Source of the DNA: Trichormus sp. ATA11-4-KO1
Lineage (GTDB): Bacteria > Cyanobacteriota > Cyanobacteriia > Cyanobacteriales > Nostocaceae
Assembly (NCBI GenBank): GCA_019358915.1
Contig: JAHHIM010000036.1
Location: forward strand, 96,001-160,000
Length of the DNA stretch: 64,000 nt
Direction: 5' to 3'
Position 1 is the stretch's first letter; every line of letters begins with the position of its first letter. The position numbers and the translations under genes were made by a program. The notes under the pieces were generated by a model. That model was not told where the DNA came from and did not search any database. It was given only the letters and a program-made list of their open reading frames with translations. Positions 51,702 through 60,943 of the stretch are shown here, piece after piece.

Positions 51702-52694
51702 TTACTTTGCTATTAAGTAAAATTTATCCTTGAATTTAATTAAATTTTTATGTCCTTCACGTCCGAATATTATTAATATCAATCCAGTTAATATGTATGT
51801 TCCAGAAATAGGTAAGAATTGCAATAAACTAAGTGTGTAACGTAAAGCTAAAAATCTATTATTTGCATCAACCGCTTTTCCTAATCGATTTACTTGTATA
51901 ATTGAAGTTTTTAACCCTACACACTCACGATAACCTTTATATCCAAGATGCTGTTTTATAATTGAACCCCACTTATTTTCAAATATATGAAAACCTTGCA
52001 AGTTAGCTGATAGATTGCCTCCAATTTGCTTATTATGAAAATATCTGATGATTAATGGTTCGTTCACAGTAAGAAAGTGATTATTAGCTTGAGCTAAACT
52101 TAGCCATAGGTCATAATCTTGAAAGCTAGGTAACCTTTCGTCAAAGCCACCGACATCTATTAAAGCGGAGCGCTTAATCATAAAAAGGGATGTAGTTGGA
52201 GGTAACCATCCTCTTAATAAATGATTAAAAACATCCCCCTCATGGGCAATCAAATTTGGCAGTTTCTTGCGTTGGATTGATTCATAATATTCATATCCCG
52301 AACAATAAACTACAGTGGCATGAGGATTATCACTAGACTGGAGACGAGCTAACTGTAATTCTAGTTTTCTGGGTAGCCATTCATCATCACTATCTAAAAA
52401 AGCTATATAGTCTGCACGCGCTGCTTTAATACCTTGATTTCGTGCATGGCTACCACCGCAATTTTTTCCTAAAGGTAAAAATCTAATTCGTGGATCTATA
52501 AAGTTCTTAACTACTTCATCTGTATTATCTGTAGAACCATCGTCTACAATAATTAATTCAAAATTTGAAAATGTCTGTGCAAGAACGCTAGAGATCGCTC
52601 TTGGTAGTAGATTAGCTCGGTTAAAAGTGGGTATGACAACACTAACAGTTAGCTGATTTTCAAGTGTTAACGACACGTTGCCTGAAACTGCCAT
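51702..52694 (-). CDS. GT2 glycosyltransferase
   Basis: SVVIPTFNR, VDDGSTD, FLDSDDEW, QDYDLW. Confidence 0.93.
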   Translation of the reverse strand: MAVSGNVSLTLENQLTVSVVIPTFNRANLLPRAISSVLAQTFSNFELIIVDDGSTDNTDEVVKNFIDPRIRFLPLGKNCGGSHARNQGIKAARADYIAFLDSDDEWLPRKLELQLARLQSSDNPHATVVYCSGYEYYESIQRKKLPNLIAHEGDVFNHLLRGWLPPTTSLFMIKRSALIDVGGFDERLPSFQDYDLWLSLAQANNHFLTVNEPLIIRYFHNKQIGGNLSANLQGFHIFENKWGSIIKQHLGYKGYRECVGLKTSIIQVNRLGKAVDANNRFLALRYTLSLLQFLPISGTYILTGLILIIFGREGHKNLIKFKDKFYLIAK

Positions 52695-52746
52695 TGCTTT
52701 AATCCTTTAAGCTAAAATCTTTTACAACTTCTACAATAACCTCTTT

Positions 52747-54012
52747 CTAGTTAGTCAAAGCAGCTAAGTTTTTAACTAAGGCTATAACTTGAGAACGAAT
52801 TTTTTCCATTTCAAATAGATTGATTAATTCAGACTGTCGTTTAAACTCGTCGTCTTCCAAAATTTTTAGTACTTGCAATACAACTTGTTCATTTAGTACA
52901 GATACTGTATGTTTAGATATCCCCAAAGTCGAAAAAAAATTTTCTATTTTGGGACCGACAAAAAGCCCTAGCACCGGAACACCCTCAGCAAGAGCCAAAA
53001 TAGCTGAGTGTAACCTAGTAGCAAGGACAGCTGTACTAGAACGCATCAAAGTTCTAAGTTGCTCAACATTGGTGCAAACATGAAGGCTACTACTAGATGT
53101 TGACAACTGGCTGAGTATAATTTTCGCTCGTTTAATATCTCCTGAATTACCAGTTGTGAACAACTTGACACAAGATTGGTTGTTTCCTGAATGTTTATCT
53201 AACCATGCGTTAATTATTTTACAAAGGACATCATCATACCTAGATTGGTAATGGGAAACGTGCTTTTTGTAAGCCATTACATTTACAGCTAATATTTGCT
53301 GGTTTGAAGTATGTGGCATTAATTGCCTTGGCTTGATTGCAAGTAAGGCAAAATCACCAAAAACTGGAACCTGAGTTCCTAGTCTTTGTGACAAACGGTT
53401 TGCTGTATTATGGTCTCTTGTAGCTATAAAATAACAAGATTTAGCAAAGGCAGTAATTATTTTTTCACCTTGTTTAGACCATTCAGTTTCTGCACTACAG
53501 CCTAGACAGATTAGTGGAATTTGAAGCTTTTTAGATGCCCACATAATTGTAGATAGAGATTGGGGAAAATGCAAATCCGTATCTGATAGCAATGCTCCAC
53601 CTCCAACCATAATTACTTGAGCATTTTTTAGCTTTGGTATGAGCTTTTGTATTCGGATGCGCTGAATTATTGGTCTAAGTCCTCGTTTTAAAATTTTAGT
53701 TAGTTCTATCTTTAAACTATAAAAATTGCTGGGAGAAGAAATGTTTTTGAAAGATGAGTATGGGGTCTTATAGTTCATTTCTTTAGGAAAATAGACTTCA
53801 CCAGACTTTTCGTGCGAAGAGAGTAGATGTATGGGATTTTGAACAGGTTTTAAAGTTCCAAAATTATAGGCATCAACACTGTAACCAGCCTTTTGAAAAA
53901 ATTCAGTCACACCTTGACAAATAGCTCTGTCCCCCAAATTTGTAGTGTTCCATTCTCCAAATGCAGCAATTTTTATATCTTTGCTTTTATCCACTTCCAT
54001 ATTTTTATCCAA
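52747..54012 (-). CDS. Polysaccharide pyruvyltransferase family protein
   Basis: NLGDRAI, VGGG, TRD, TRLHSAI. Confidence 0.82.
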   Translation of the reverse strand: MDKNMEVDKSKDIKIAAFGEWNTTNLGDRAICQGVTEFFQKAGYSVDAYNFGTLKPVQNPIHLLSSHEKSGEVYFPKEMNYKTPYSSFKNISSPSNFYSLKIELTKILKRGLRPIIQRIRIQKLIPKLKNAQVIMVGGGALLSDTDLHFPQSLSTIMWASKKLQIPLICLGCSAETEWSKQGEKIITAFAKSCYFIATRDHNTANRLSQRLGTQVPVFGDFALLAIKPRQLMPHTSNQQILAVNVMAYKKHVSHYQSRYDDVLCKIINAWLDKHSGNNQSCVKLFTTGNSGDIKRAKIILSQLSTSSSSLHVCTNVEQLRTLMRSSTAVLATRLHSAILALAEGVPVLGLFVGPKIENFFSTLGISKHTVSVLNEQVVLQVLKILEDDEFKRQSELINLFEMEKIRSQVIALVKNLAALTN

Positions 54013-54060
54013 AATTAAATTTATTTATTGTTAATATTTATTTGTTCTCATAAGTAATTA

Positions 54061-54906
54061 TCAATCAACTTTAATTAGTTCAAGAGCAGTTTTTTGCCTA
54101 GTTACGAAATGTAAAAAATTAGCTATTTTAATCAGAAGAATTATTGAATAAGTACTATGAGACTTGTTGAGTATCCAGTTACTTGTTTTAGGAGAAAACA
54201 TAGCTCTACCAATGGAGACACCTTTAAGCTTTTCAAGTATACTGAAGTTAGCATTTTTGAATACAGAGCCACAGTTAGGTGCCGTATTATCTTGATGTTC
54301 TTTTGCCCAAATTTGTCTTGAGACTAAAGGATTGTCATTAAATTCTGTTCGTTCAAACTTGAAAACCGCACTTAATATCAGTTTAGAATGTATACCAGTA
54401 AATATCGTCTCTCTATAACCTCGCACAATTTGATTATTTTGAAGTGTTTTAATACATCCATTCTCAAAGAAAGTTACACTTTCAACAAAATCATATATTG
54501 TACATCCATATTGTCTCCCTCTACCAGCATTCATTGCTAATGCACCTCCAATCGTTGCCGGGACAGACGCAAGATAATAAAAAGAATTCATGGAGTTTTG
54601 GTAACAGTGTTTTAAAACCTCCATGATTAAAACTGAAGAAGATATTTCTAATTTATCTTCAGTTAAAGAATTTATGTACTTAGGTAGTTTGTTTTTTAGT
54701 ATCAATGATTTGATATTTTTTTTCACGAACAAGGTATTGGAGCCATTTCCAATTATGTAAATGTTTACTTTGTTTTCTTTTGCCCAAATACAGTACTCAC
54801 GGAGGTCATCTAAACTACTAATTTCTCCTACTCGCTCAAAATGATGGCGAGTTCTATAGTGAGAAAGACTAGTTGATGTTAAAGACTCAATTTTTAAATT
54901 AGACAT
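54061..54906 (-). CDS. MurB-like FAD-dependent enolpyruvyl reductase paralog
   Basis: IGNGSN, PATIGGALAMNAG, GYR, PNCGSVFKN, SPKTSNWILN, terminal LEL. Confidence 0.85.
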   Translation of the reverse strand: MSNLKIESLTSTSLSHYRTRHHFERVGEISSLDDLREYCIWAKENKVNIYIIGNGSNTLFVKKNIKSLILKNKLPKYINSLTEDKLEISSSVLIMEVLKHCYQNSMNSFYYLASVPATIGGALAMNAGRGRQYGCTIYDFVESVTFFENGCIKTLQNNQIVRGYRETIFTGIHSKLILSAVFKFERTEFNDNPLVSRQIWAKEHQDNTAPNCGSVFKNANFSILEKLKGVSIGRAMFSPKTSNWILNKSHSTYSIILLIKIANFLHFVTRQKTALELIKVD

Positions 54907-54917
54907 CTTCTCTCTTT

Positions 54918-56075
54918 CTACTCCTTGCTACACTCAACCTTATTTTTATTACGGTCTGCTCCTTCTGTAATTGCTTCCAGTAAATATTTTTTTGATTCCA
55001 AAATTTTTAATTCCAAAACTTTAGACACTATTTCATAGTCTATATCAAAAGCTTTTTCTTTTACTTGGGATATAGTATTTTCTGAAAATATCCTATCTTC
55101 CAATGATAAATCTCTAAGTAAATCGGTTACTTTGTTCGATTTGTTGCTAGGAACAAATACACTAAAAGGTTTTTGAAAAATAATTGCAAATATAGTTCCA
55201 TGATAAGTATTAGTTACAATGTATGATGCTTGGCTGAACGCTCCAATCCATTCCTGTGGACAAGCATTTTCTAGATTCACTTTTGCTACTTGATTACATT
55301 TACCAATTGAAACTATATTTAATCCATGACGTTCTGCTATTGATTTCACTAAATCCTCCTCAGTCGAAGCTAATTCATCCTGGTTATAAATTAAAAGATA
55401 TTTACCTTCTATTTTGGGAATATGTTTAATTGCATCATAGTTAATTAAAAACGTAGGATCTAAAACTTTTTTAGCTACCATATTACATTGATTTACAATT
55501 ATTCGCTCGCTGTTAGAATCACGAACCAAAATCGTTTGAAATTGATTAACTAGATTACATATTTCTTCTCGATGATTATTTAGTACTGTTAACTCGCCAA
55601 AACTAGCTGCATAACTTATCTTACGGGTAGCTTGATTATTAACAAAATCTAAAAAGAAAGAGGCATCAAATCCTCTGATAGAATTGAGAGACCATATTTG
55701 ATCACTACCGCATATTACTACATCATATTTACTATTAAAGTGTTGCAAGCCTTTTTTTCTATAAAATTTCCTCTGGCTTAACCTGACGTGGGAAAGCAAA
55801 AATTGCCTGATTTTCCAAGCTCTAGAAATATTGACGAATATCTTTTCATTAATATGGAGTTGATGAATACTAAGCTTTTGACTTTCATGAATGCTAAGTT
55901 TTTTCCTTCTGATAGGTCTTAAACTTTTTGTATAGTATCTAACTGCCCTATAAGGCCTATAGTCTATTATTTCAACGTCATAGCCTTGACTGTTAAGGAA
56001 ATTCCATAGAGCATAAGCTTGAAGTGTTGCCCCGTAGTTATCTATATGGTGAAAAGTTATAATTCCTATTTTCAT
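54918..56075 (-). CDS. Polysaccharide pyruvyltransferase family protein (NYGA / GSDQIW type)
   Basis: MKIGIITF..NYGATLQAYAL, CGSDQIW, SYAASFG, VRD, DPTFL, NTYHG. Confidence 0.88.
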   Translation of the reverse strand: MKIGIITFHHIDNYGATLQAYALWNFLNSQGYDVEIIDYRPYRAVRYYTKSLRPIRRKKLSIHESQKLSIHQLHINEKIFVNISRAWKIRQFLLSHVRLSQRKFYRKKGLQHFNSKYDVVICGSDQIWSLNSIRGFDASFFLDFVNNQATRKISYAASFGELTVLNNHREEICNLVNQFQTILVRDSNSERIIVNQCNMVAKKVLDPTFLINYDAIKHIPKIEGKYLLIYNQDELASTEEDLVKSIAERHGLNIVSIGKCNQVAKVNLENACPQEWIGAFSQASYIVTNTYHGTIFAIIFQKPFSVFVPSNKSNKVTDLLRDLSLEDRIFSENTISQVKEKAFDIDYEIVSKVLELKILESKKYLLEAITEGADRNKNKVECSKE

Positions 56076-56289
56076 CTTTGCTGTCTCCAAATCAAAGTAC
56101 TAATTTGATATATCACACATTTCGTAAGCTAATTTACAAAATTATTTTGATTCTAGCTTTTGTTTCTTATGTTTCTTAAATAAATTCATTTAAACTTCTC
56201 CTGGCTATATTAAGTTGATTTTATTCAGTTATAATCTAATTTTAAAATTTACTTATTTAAGTTAGGTACTCATTAATGTATGAAAAATT

Positions 56290-57798
56290 TTATATCTTTT
56301 TTTTTCTTTTAAGCTTGATGTTTACAAAATCGGTTAAGCCAAGAATCTTTTTGAAAAGCTTTGGTGATATTACAAAAACGATAAAAATATAACTTAAAGT
56401 ACCAACTAAGATTAAACTAGCTGTTAATAACTTCATTTCAATGCCAATAAATGTTACCAATAAATATTTAATAGCTATCATACTTCCAATCATCCCTAAA
56501 GAAGCTACTAAAGGTACCATATATAAACGCAAATATTGAATAAAATTAAGTTTAACCAATTTGTGAATAGCCACCAGTGAAATAGGTAAGAGTAGATAAC
56601 CACGAATTACATAAGCAGATGCTACAGCTAAGATACCCCATTTTACTACTAGTATAAAAGATACGACATTAACAACTGTATTTATAATTTGTATCCATAA
56701 CCTCCAGGCGGGTTTGCCCAATGCCATAATCACAGAACTGTTATAGAAGGCAATTATATGAACAGGCCCAATAAGTGCTAGAACTTGCATTACTGGAATA
56801 CTTTGAGTCCATTGCTTACCAAATAAAATTTGGACTAATTCAGGTGCCAAAACTGTGAAGCTAAGAAACATCGGAAAAGCAATGGTACTACCAACTTCAG
56901 TAACATTATAGAAAGCTTTTATTAACCGTTCTGGTTCTCCCTGCAATCTAGAAAATACCGGGAATGCAACTTTACCTATCGTACTAATTAAAACTTGTGT
57001 CATTACTTGTAATATTCTGTAAGCAACAGAGTAATAACCTAGTGCAACTGATCCAAGGTAGCGTCCAATGAGTAAATCATCTGACCTACGATTAAAAAAG
57101 TTAATTATACTAAACGCAGTTACATTAATGCCAAAAGCATAAAGTTCTTTAGCATGAATGGCTGAAAATTTAAATCCTGGTCGCCAATCGCTAACTCGCC
57201 ACAAAACCAAAACCTGCAATAAGCTATTAGATATTTGTTGACCCACGAGGCTCCAAACTCCAAAGTTTAGAAAAGCCATTCCTACACCAACCATTCCACC
57301 GAATACAACTGCGATTAGTGAACGTATTGCTAAAGTCTTGAAAGCAAGATTACGTGTAAGAATAGCGCTTTGTACACTGCTTAAACCACTAAATATAAAA
57401 CTTATTGATAAGTACTGAATAATTGGTGTTAATTGGGGTTGGTCAAAGAAATTAGCAGCTAATCCGGCACAAGATATACTTAATACGGTCAAGAATACAC
57501 TAATTGTTAAAGTTGTCCAGAAGGCTGTATCTAGGTGTTCTGCTTCTAATTCTTGACGTTGGATAAGTGCTTGAGAAAATCCTTGATCAAGAAAAATTTG
57601 CACAAATCCAAGAAAAACTGAAGCTAAAGCAACTAGACCAAAAATTTCTGGATTGAGTAACCGAGCTAGAACGAAGAAAACAATTAAGGAAACTCCTTGG
57701 CGTCCCCAATTTTCAATAGCAGACCAAGCTAAACCTTTAACTGCCTGTTTTCGTAAATTTGATGGCTTTTCAGGTGATTCCATTATCGGATTTACCAA
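56290..57798 (-). CDS. wzx: Wzx-type (MOP superfamily) flippase
   Basis: LARLLNPEIFG, GFSQALIQ, multiple TMs, LGYYSVAY. Confidence 0.88.
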   Translation of the reverse strand: MVNPIMESPEKPSNLRKQAVKGLAWSAIENWGRQGVSLIVFFVLARLLNPEIFGLVALASVFLGFVQIFLDQGFSQALIQRQELEAEHLDTAFWTTLTISVFLTVLSISCAGLAANFFDQPQLTPIIQYLSISFIFSGLSSVQSAILTRNLAFKTLAIRSLIAVVFGGMVGVGMAFLNFGVWSLVGQQISNSLLQVLVLWRVSDWRPGFKFSAIHAKELYAFGINVTAFSIINFFNRRSDDLLIGRYLGSVALGYYSVAYRILQVMTQVLISTIGKVAFPVFSRLQGEPERLIKAFYNVTEVGSTIAFPMFLSFTVLAPELVQILFGKQWTQSIPVMQVLALIGPVHIIAFYNSSVIMALGKPAWRLWIQIINTVVNVVSFILVVKWGILAVASAYVIRGYLLLPISLVAIHKLVKLNFIQYLRLYMVPLVASLGMIGSMIAIKYLLVTFIGIEMKLLTASLILVGTLSYIFIVFVISPKLFKKILGLTDFVNIKLKRKKKI

Positions 57799-58000
57799 TT
57801 AAAGGGTTAACGACTTTGATGATGTGTCAATCAAGTTAGTGCATGAGATAAAAATTGAAAGTTGTACAAGACTTGATTTACAGCATTCTTGTATAAAGTA
57901 TTACCTTAGTCTTGCTTGTACAGAATAAGTACACAGTAACAGTAAGCACAAGAGAAGAAATTACTCGTGCTTTTCATGAAACCGTTACAGTACCGAACTT

Positions 58001-58795
58001 TCAGTCACCTGTTCCCAGGAAACCCCCTGCAAAACGACTTGATGAAAGCATCTGTTTAGTCGCCAACCAAATAAAGGGCGGAATTGTTGTACCATAACGC
58101 CGCCAGAGTCGGCGCGGCTCTTGAACCCAGCGATAAAGCCACTCAAACCCTAGGTCTCGAACTATGCGGGGTGCGCGCTTTTGAATGCCTGCATAAACAG
58201 GGAAAACCCCACCCACGCCAATCATGACTGCCTGAATTTTATCTTGATGCTGAGCCATCCACTTTTCTTGTTTTGGACACCCCAGGGATACAAAAACTAC
58301 CCCAGCGCCACTGGAGTTAACTGTATTTATTAAAGCCTCGTCTTCAGTCTCAGTTAGAGGGCGAAAAGGTAAAGGTTCCATCGCCGCTACTTTTAGCTTA
58401 GGAAATTCATCTTCTAGACGTTCTCTCATCCTAGAAAGAATTTCGGTTTGCGAACCAACAAAGAAAACACTGACATTTTGCGTTTGAGCTTTTTCACACA
58501 AAGCTAGAAAAAGATCCATTCCCGCGACACGGTCTTGGTAACGCGCCCCCATATACCTCATCATCCACACGAGGGGCATACCATCAGGGGTCACTAAATC
58601 TGCATTGTGTAGTACGTTAGCAAACTCTGGATTCCAGTGAGCTTCCATCAGCATGTGTACATTCGCTACACATACAGCTTTACTCTCACGAGCGATCGCC
58701 CACCTCAGTATTGTTTGTATCTGATCATCAAAGCGCAAAGCAGTAATAGGGAAATCAAGCACTTTTTGAGTAGGCAGAAAAGTTCTTCCTACCAT
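58001..58795 (-). CDS. WecB/TagA/CpsF family glycosyltransferase (GT26)
   Basis: PDGMP, RVAGMDL, LGCPKQE, FEWLYR..QEPRRLWRRY. Confidence 0.93.
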   Translation of the reverse strand: MVGRTFLPTQKVLDFPITALRFDDQIQTILRWAIARESKAVCVANVHMLMEAHWNPEFANVLHNADLVTPDGMPLVWMMRYMGARYQDRVAGMDLFLALCEKAQTQNVSVFFVGSQTEILSRMRERLEDEFPKLKVAAMEPLPFRPLTETEDEALINTVNSSGAGVVFVSLGCPKQEKWMAQHQDKIQAVMIGVGGVFPVYAGIQKRAPRIVRDLGFEWLYRWVQEPRRLWRRYGTTIPPFIWLATKQMLSSSRFAGGFLGTGD

Positions 58796-59543
58796 AAATC
58801 ACTCCTTGTGTCAAGAACAAAAACTAGACATTACCTAAGGCATTCCCAAATTTAAAAAATCAAGTAAGATAGCCTCCTTGATTCCTTTTTCAGGTTTGTA
58901 AGATGCTCATACGTAAACACATGGAGATGAATCATTGTCTCAGTAATTTTATTGTTTATCGTAAATTACTACAATTTCCAATAAACGTATATTAGCTTAC
59001 TGTGTGAATTAAGACTTGTTACATCCTTGACAACAAACTTTATCATTATTTCATATTTTTCTGCAACTTGTTTCACGCAAGCATTACAATTTTGCAAAAT
59101 ATTTTACATAATCATATTAATTACAGCCAAATGACTTTGATAGTAAAACGAAAGCCTAGACTGTAATGCCGCCAAATTCTGAGGTATGACTATAGAGAAT
59201 CGCCAATTTTGATTTAAAATACTGTAGTTTTAAGAATCAAATGATATTTTTTTTTAATACTTTGCAGGAATCTTACCCATCTTTACTTTTGCAGAGACTT
59301 TGGGGCAATTAACCTTGAGGGGTTTAACCCCTCAATATCAAAATTTTTAACTTTACGTTGTCTACTTGCCCTTATATAAATTTTGGGTCAATGGGCTAAT
59401 AGCTAAAATGTGTTTTAACGTATTGCAATTAAAGCAAATTCTTCTTAATGCAATACAGTGTAGTAAAAAGAATTGTAGCAAGAATATTGGGAGCAAATGG
59501 ATGTCTGACGATGCCGTTTTAATCAAGCACACAACTTAAACTA

Positions 59544-59747
59544 CTAAAAATTCTCTAAGAAAAAGGGGGAAGATTTTTTCTCTTCCCCCTGGCGATTATT
59601 TTGAATGTTGTCTGGTTTATTATTTTCTTTTAGCTTTTGTCGTAGCATCTGCCTTTGTTTTTTGAGTTGTCGTTTTCTGGCTGAACCGCCTCTACCTTTC
59701 TCATTTCTCCCTTCTCTACGGGGGGATTCCCATCTTTTCAGTCGCAT
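59544..59747 (-). CDS. Small basic protein; candidate alternative ribosome-rescue factor
   Basis: AAGGA RBS + ATG; Lys/Arg-rich; KGRGGS; terminator inside the CDS. Confidence 0.6.
   Translation of the reverse strand: MRLKRWESPRREGRNEKGRGGSARKRQLKKQRQMLRQKLKENNKPDNIQNNRQGEEKKSSPFFLENF
59557..59590 (-). terminator. Intrinsic terminator within the small ORF
   Basis: Minus strand: AGGGGGAAGA-gaaaaaa-TCTTCCCCCT followed by TTTTCTT. Confidence 0.8.
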
Positions 59748-59912
59748 ATTGGTTTTTCCTTAAAACAAACACGATATACACTAAAATGTAGCATATATGT
59801 TTACACTAGCTATCTGACTTGAAATGCTGAGTAAAAGTCAATAAATCAGTAAAGAAGACTTTCATTCGTCTTGGTTACATAGTTCACGATCGCTAGTTAA
59901 AATCTTTAGAAG

Positions 59913-59996
59913 TGGGCAGGAGGAGAATCGAACTCCTATGACCGCAAGGCCGCCACATTTTGAGTGTGGTGCGTCTACCAGTTTCGCCACCCGCCC
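59913..59996 (-). tRNA. trnL: tRNA-Leu(CAA)
   Basis: GGGCGGGTGGCGAAACTGGTAGACGC..CTCAAAA..long variable arm..GTTCGATTC..GCCCA. Confidence 0.96.
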
Positions 59997-60105
59997 TTAG
60001 GTGCAACTTTACTATTATAGTCTATAGAGTGAATTTGCAACAAGTAAATTCAAAATTTTTTTGGGATCTGATTTGATTCCAGTTGAATGGACTCTGGTTT
60101 AGTTT

Positions 60106-60306
60106 AACGTGAGTTCGATGAACCTCACCCCAACCTCTCTCCGACACGGAGAGGGGCTTAAATATCTTGAAAGCTCAACGAGAAATTAAGATTTTGAAGC
60201 CTCTAACGCCACGTGCTACAACGCGGGGAACCCGCGCAACGCAGTGGCTCCTCCTTGCAGGGGAGAGGTTTGGAGAGGGGTTTTTTCAACTTGTCGAACT
60301 CACGTT
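60106..60306. mobile_element. MITE with 13-bp TIRs and a 5-bp target duplication
   Basis: AACGTGAGTTCGA / TCGAACTCACGTT, flanked by AGTTT on both sides. Confidence 0.85.
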
Positions 60307-60943
60307 AGTTTAAAGTAACTAAACTAGAGTCCACATTTTGTAGCTGGGTACAGCCACTGAGAGCCATTGCCACGTTTAACTCATTTTGTAGCAGCGAAAT
60401 GACATGAGATACACCGGCTTGTCCTCCTACTGCTAGTCCCCACAAAATAGGTCGTCCTATCATTAAGGCTTTTGCTCCTATTGCTAGGGCTTTGAGAATG
60501 TCTGTACCTCTGCGGATACCTCCATCTAATAGCACCTCTACTCTGCCATCTACTGCTGCTACTATCTCAGTTAAAGCATCTAAAGAGGCGATCGCTCCAT
60601 CTAGTTGTCTGCCACCATGATTGGAAACTACAATTGCCTTAGCTCCATACTCCACAGCACGCACAGCATCATCTCCCCGCAAAATTCCTTTGATTACCAA
60701 AGGTAGTGGTTGCCCTAAAATAGAGGTACTAAGATAGCGATCGCTTACATCTACCAATATCCGAGGTCTGAGTTTAATTCGCTCAAAGGCAGTACGATTA
60801 TCTCGCAGTGTGATTTCATCCCCAGCGCCACTACTGTAGTAATCAAAAGCCATCTGAGACAGATGCTTTTTTGCTAGCTGTTCGTATTCAAATAAGTTAA
60901 TGGGTTGGCAATAATCATCGTTTGCTAAAGCTGGTAAGCTCAC
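60305..60943 (-). pseudogene. FMN-dependent alpha-hydroxy-acid oxidase (glycolate/lactate oxidase-like) with a large in-frame internal deletion
   Basis: N-terminal [14 protein letters not shown] joined directly to LVIKG..SNHGGRQ..DGGIRRG; only about 212 aa. Confidence 0.82.

Noticed and set aside
59787..59805. TGTA...TACA palindrome as an NtcA site
   Set aside because: The spacer is 11 nt, not the GTA-N8-TAC consensus.
28828..59996. tRNA-bounded region as an integrative element or prophage
   Set aside because: No integrase, no duplicated tRNA 3' end (att) seen, and the tRNA-Gln 3' end points away from the region.
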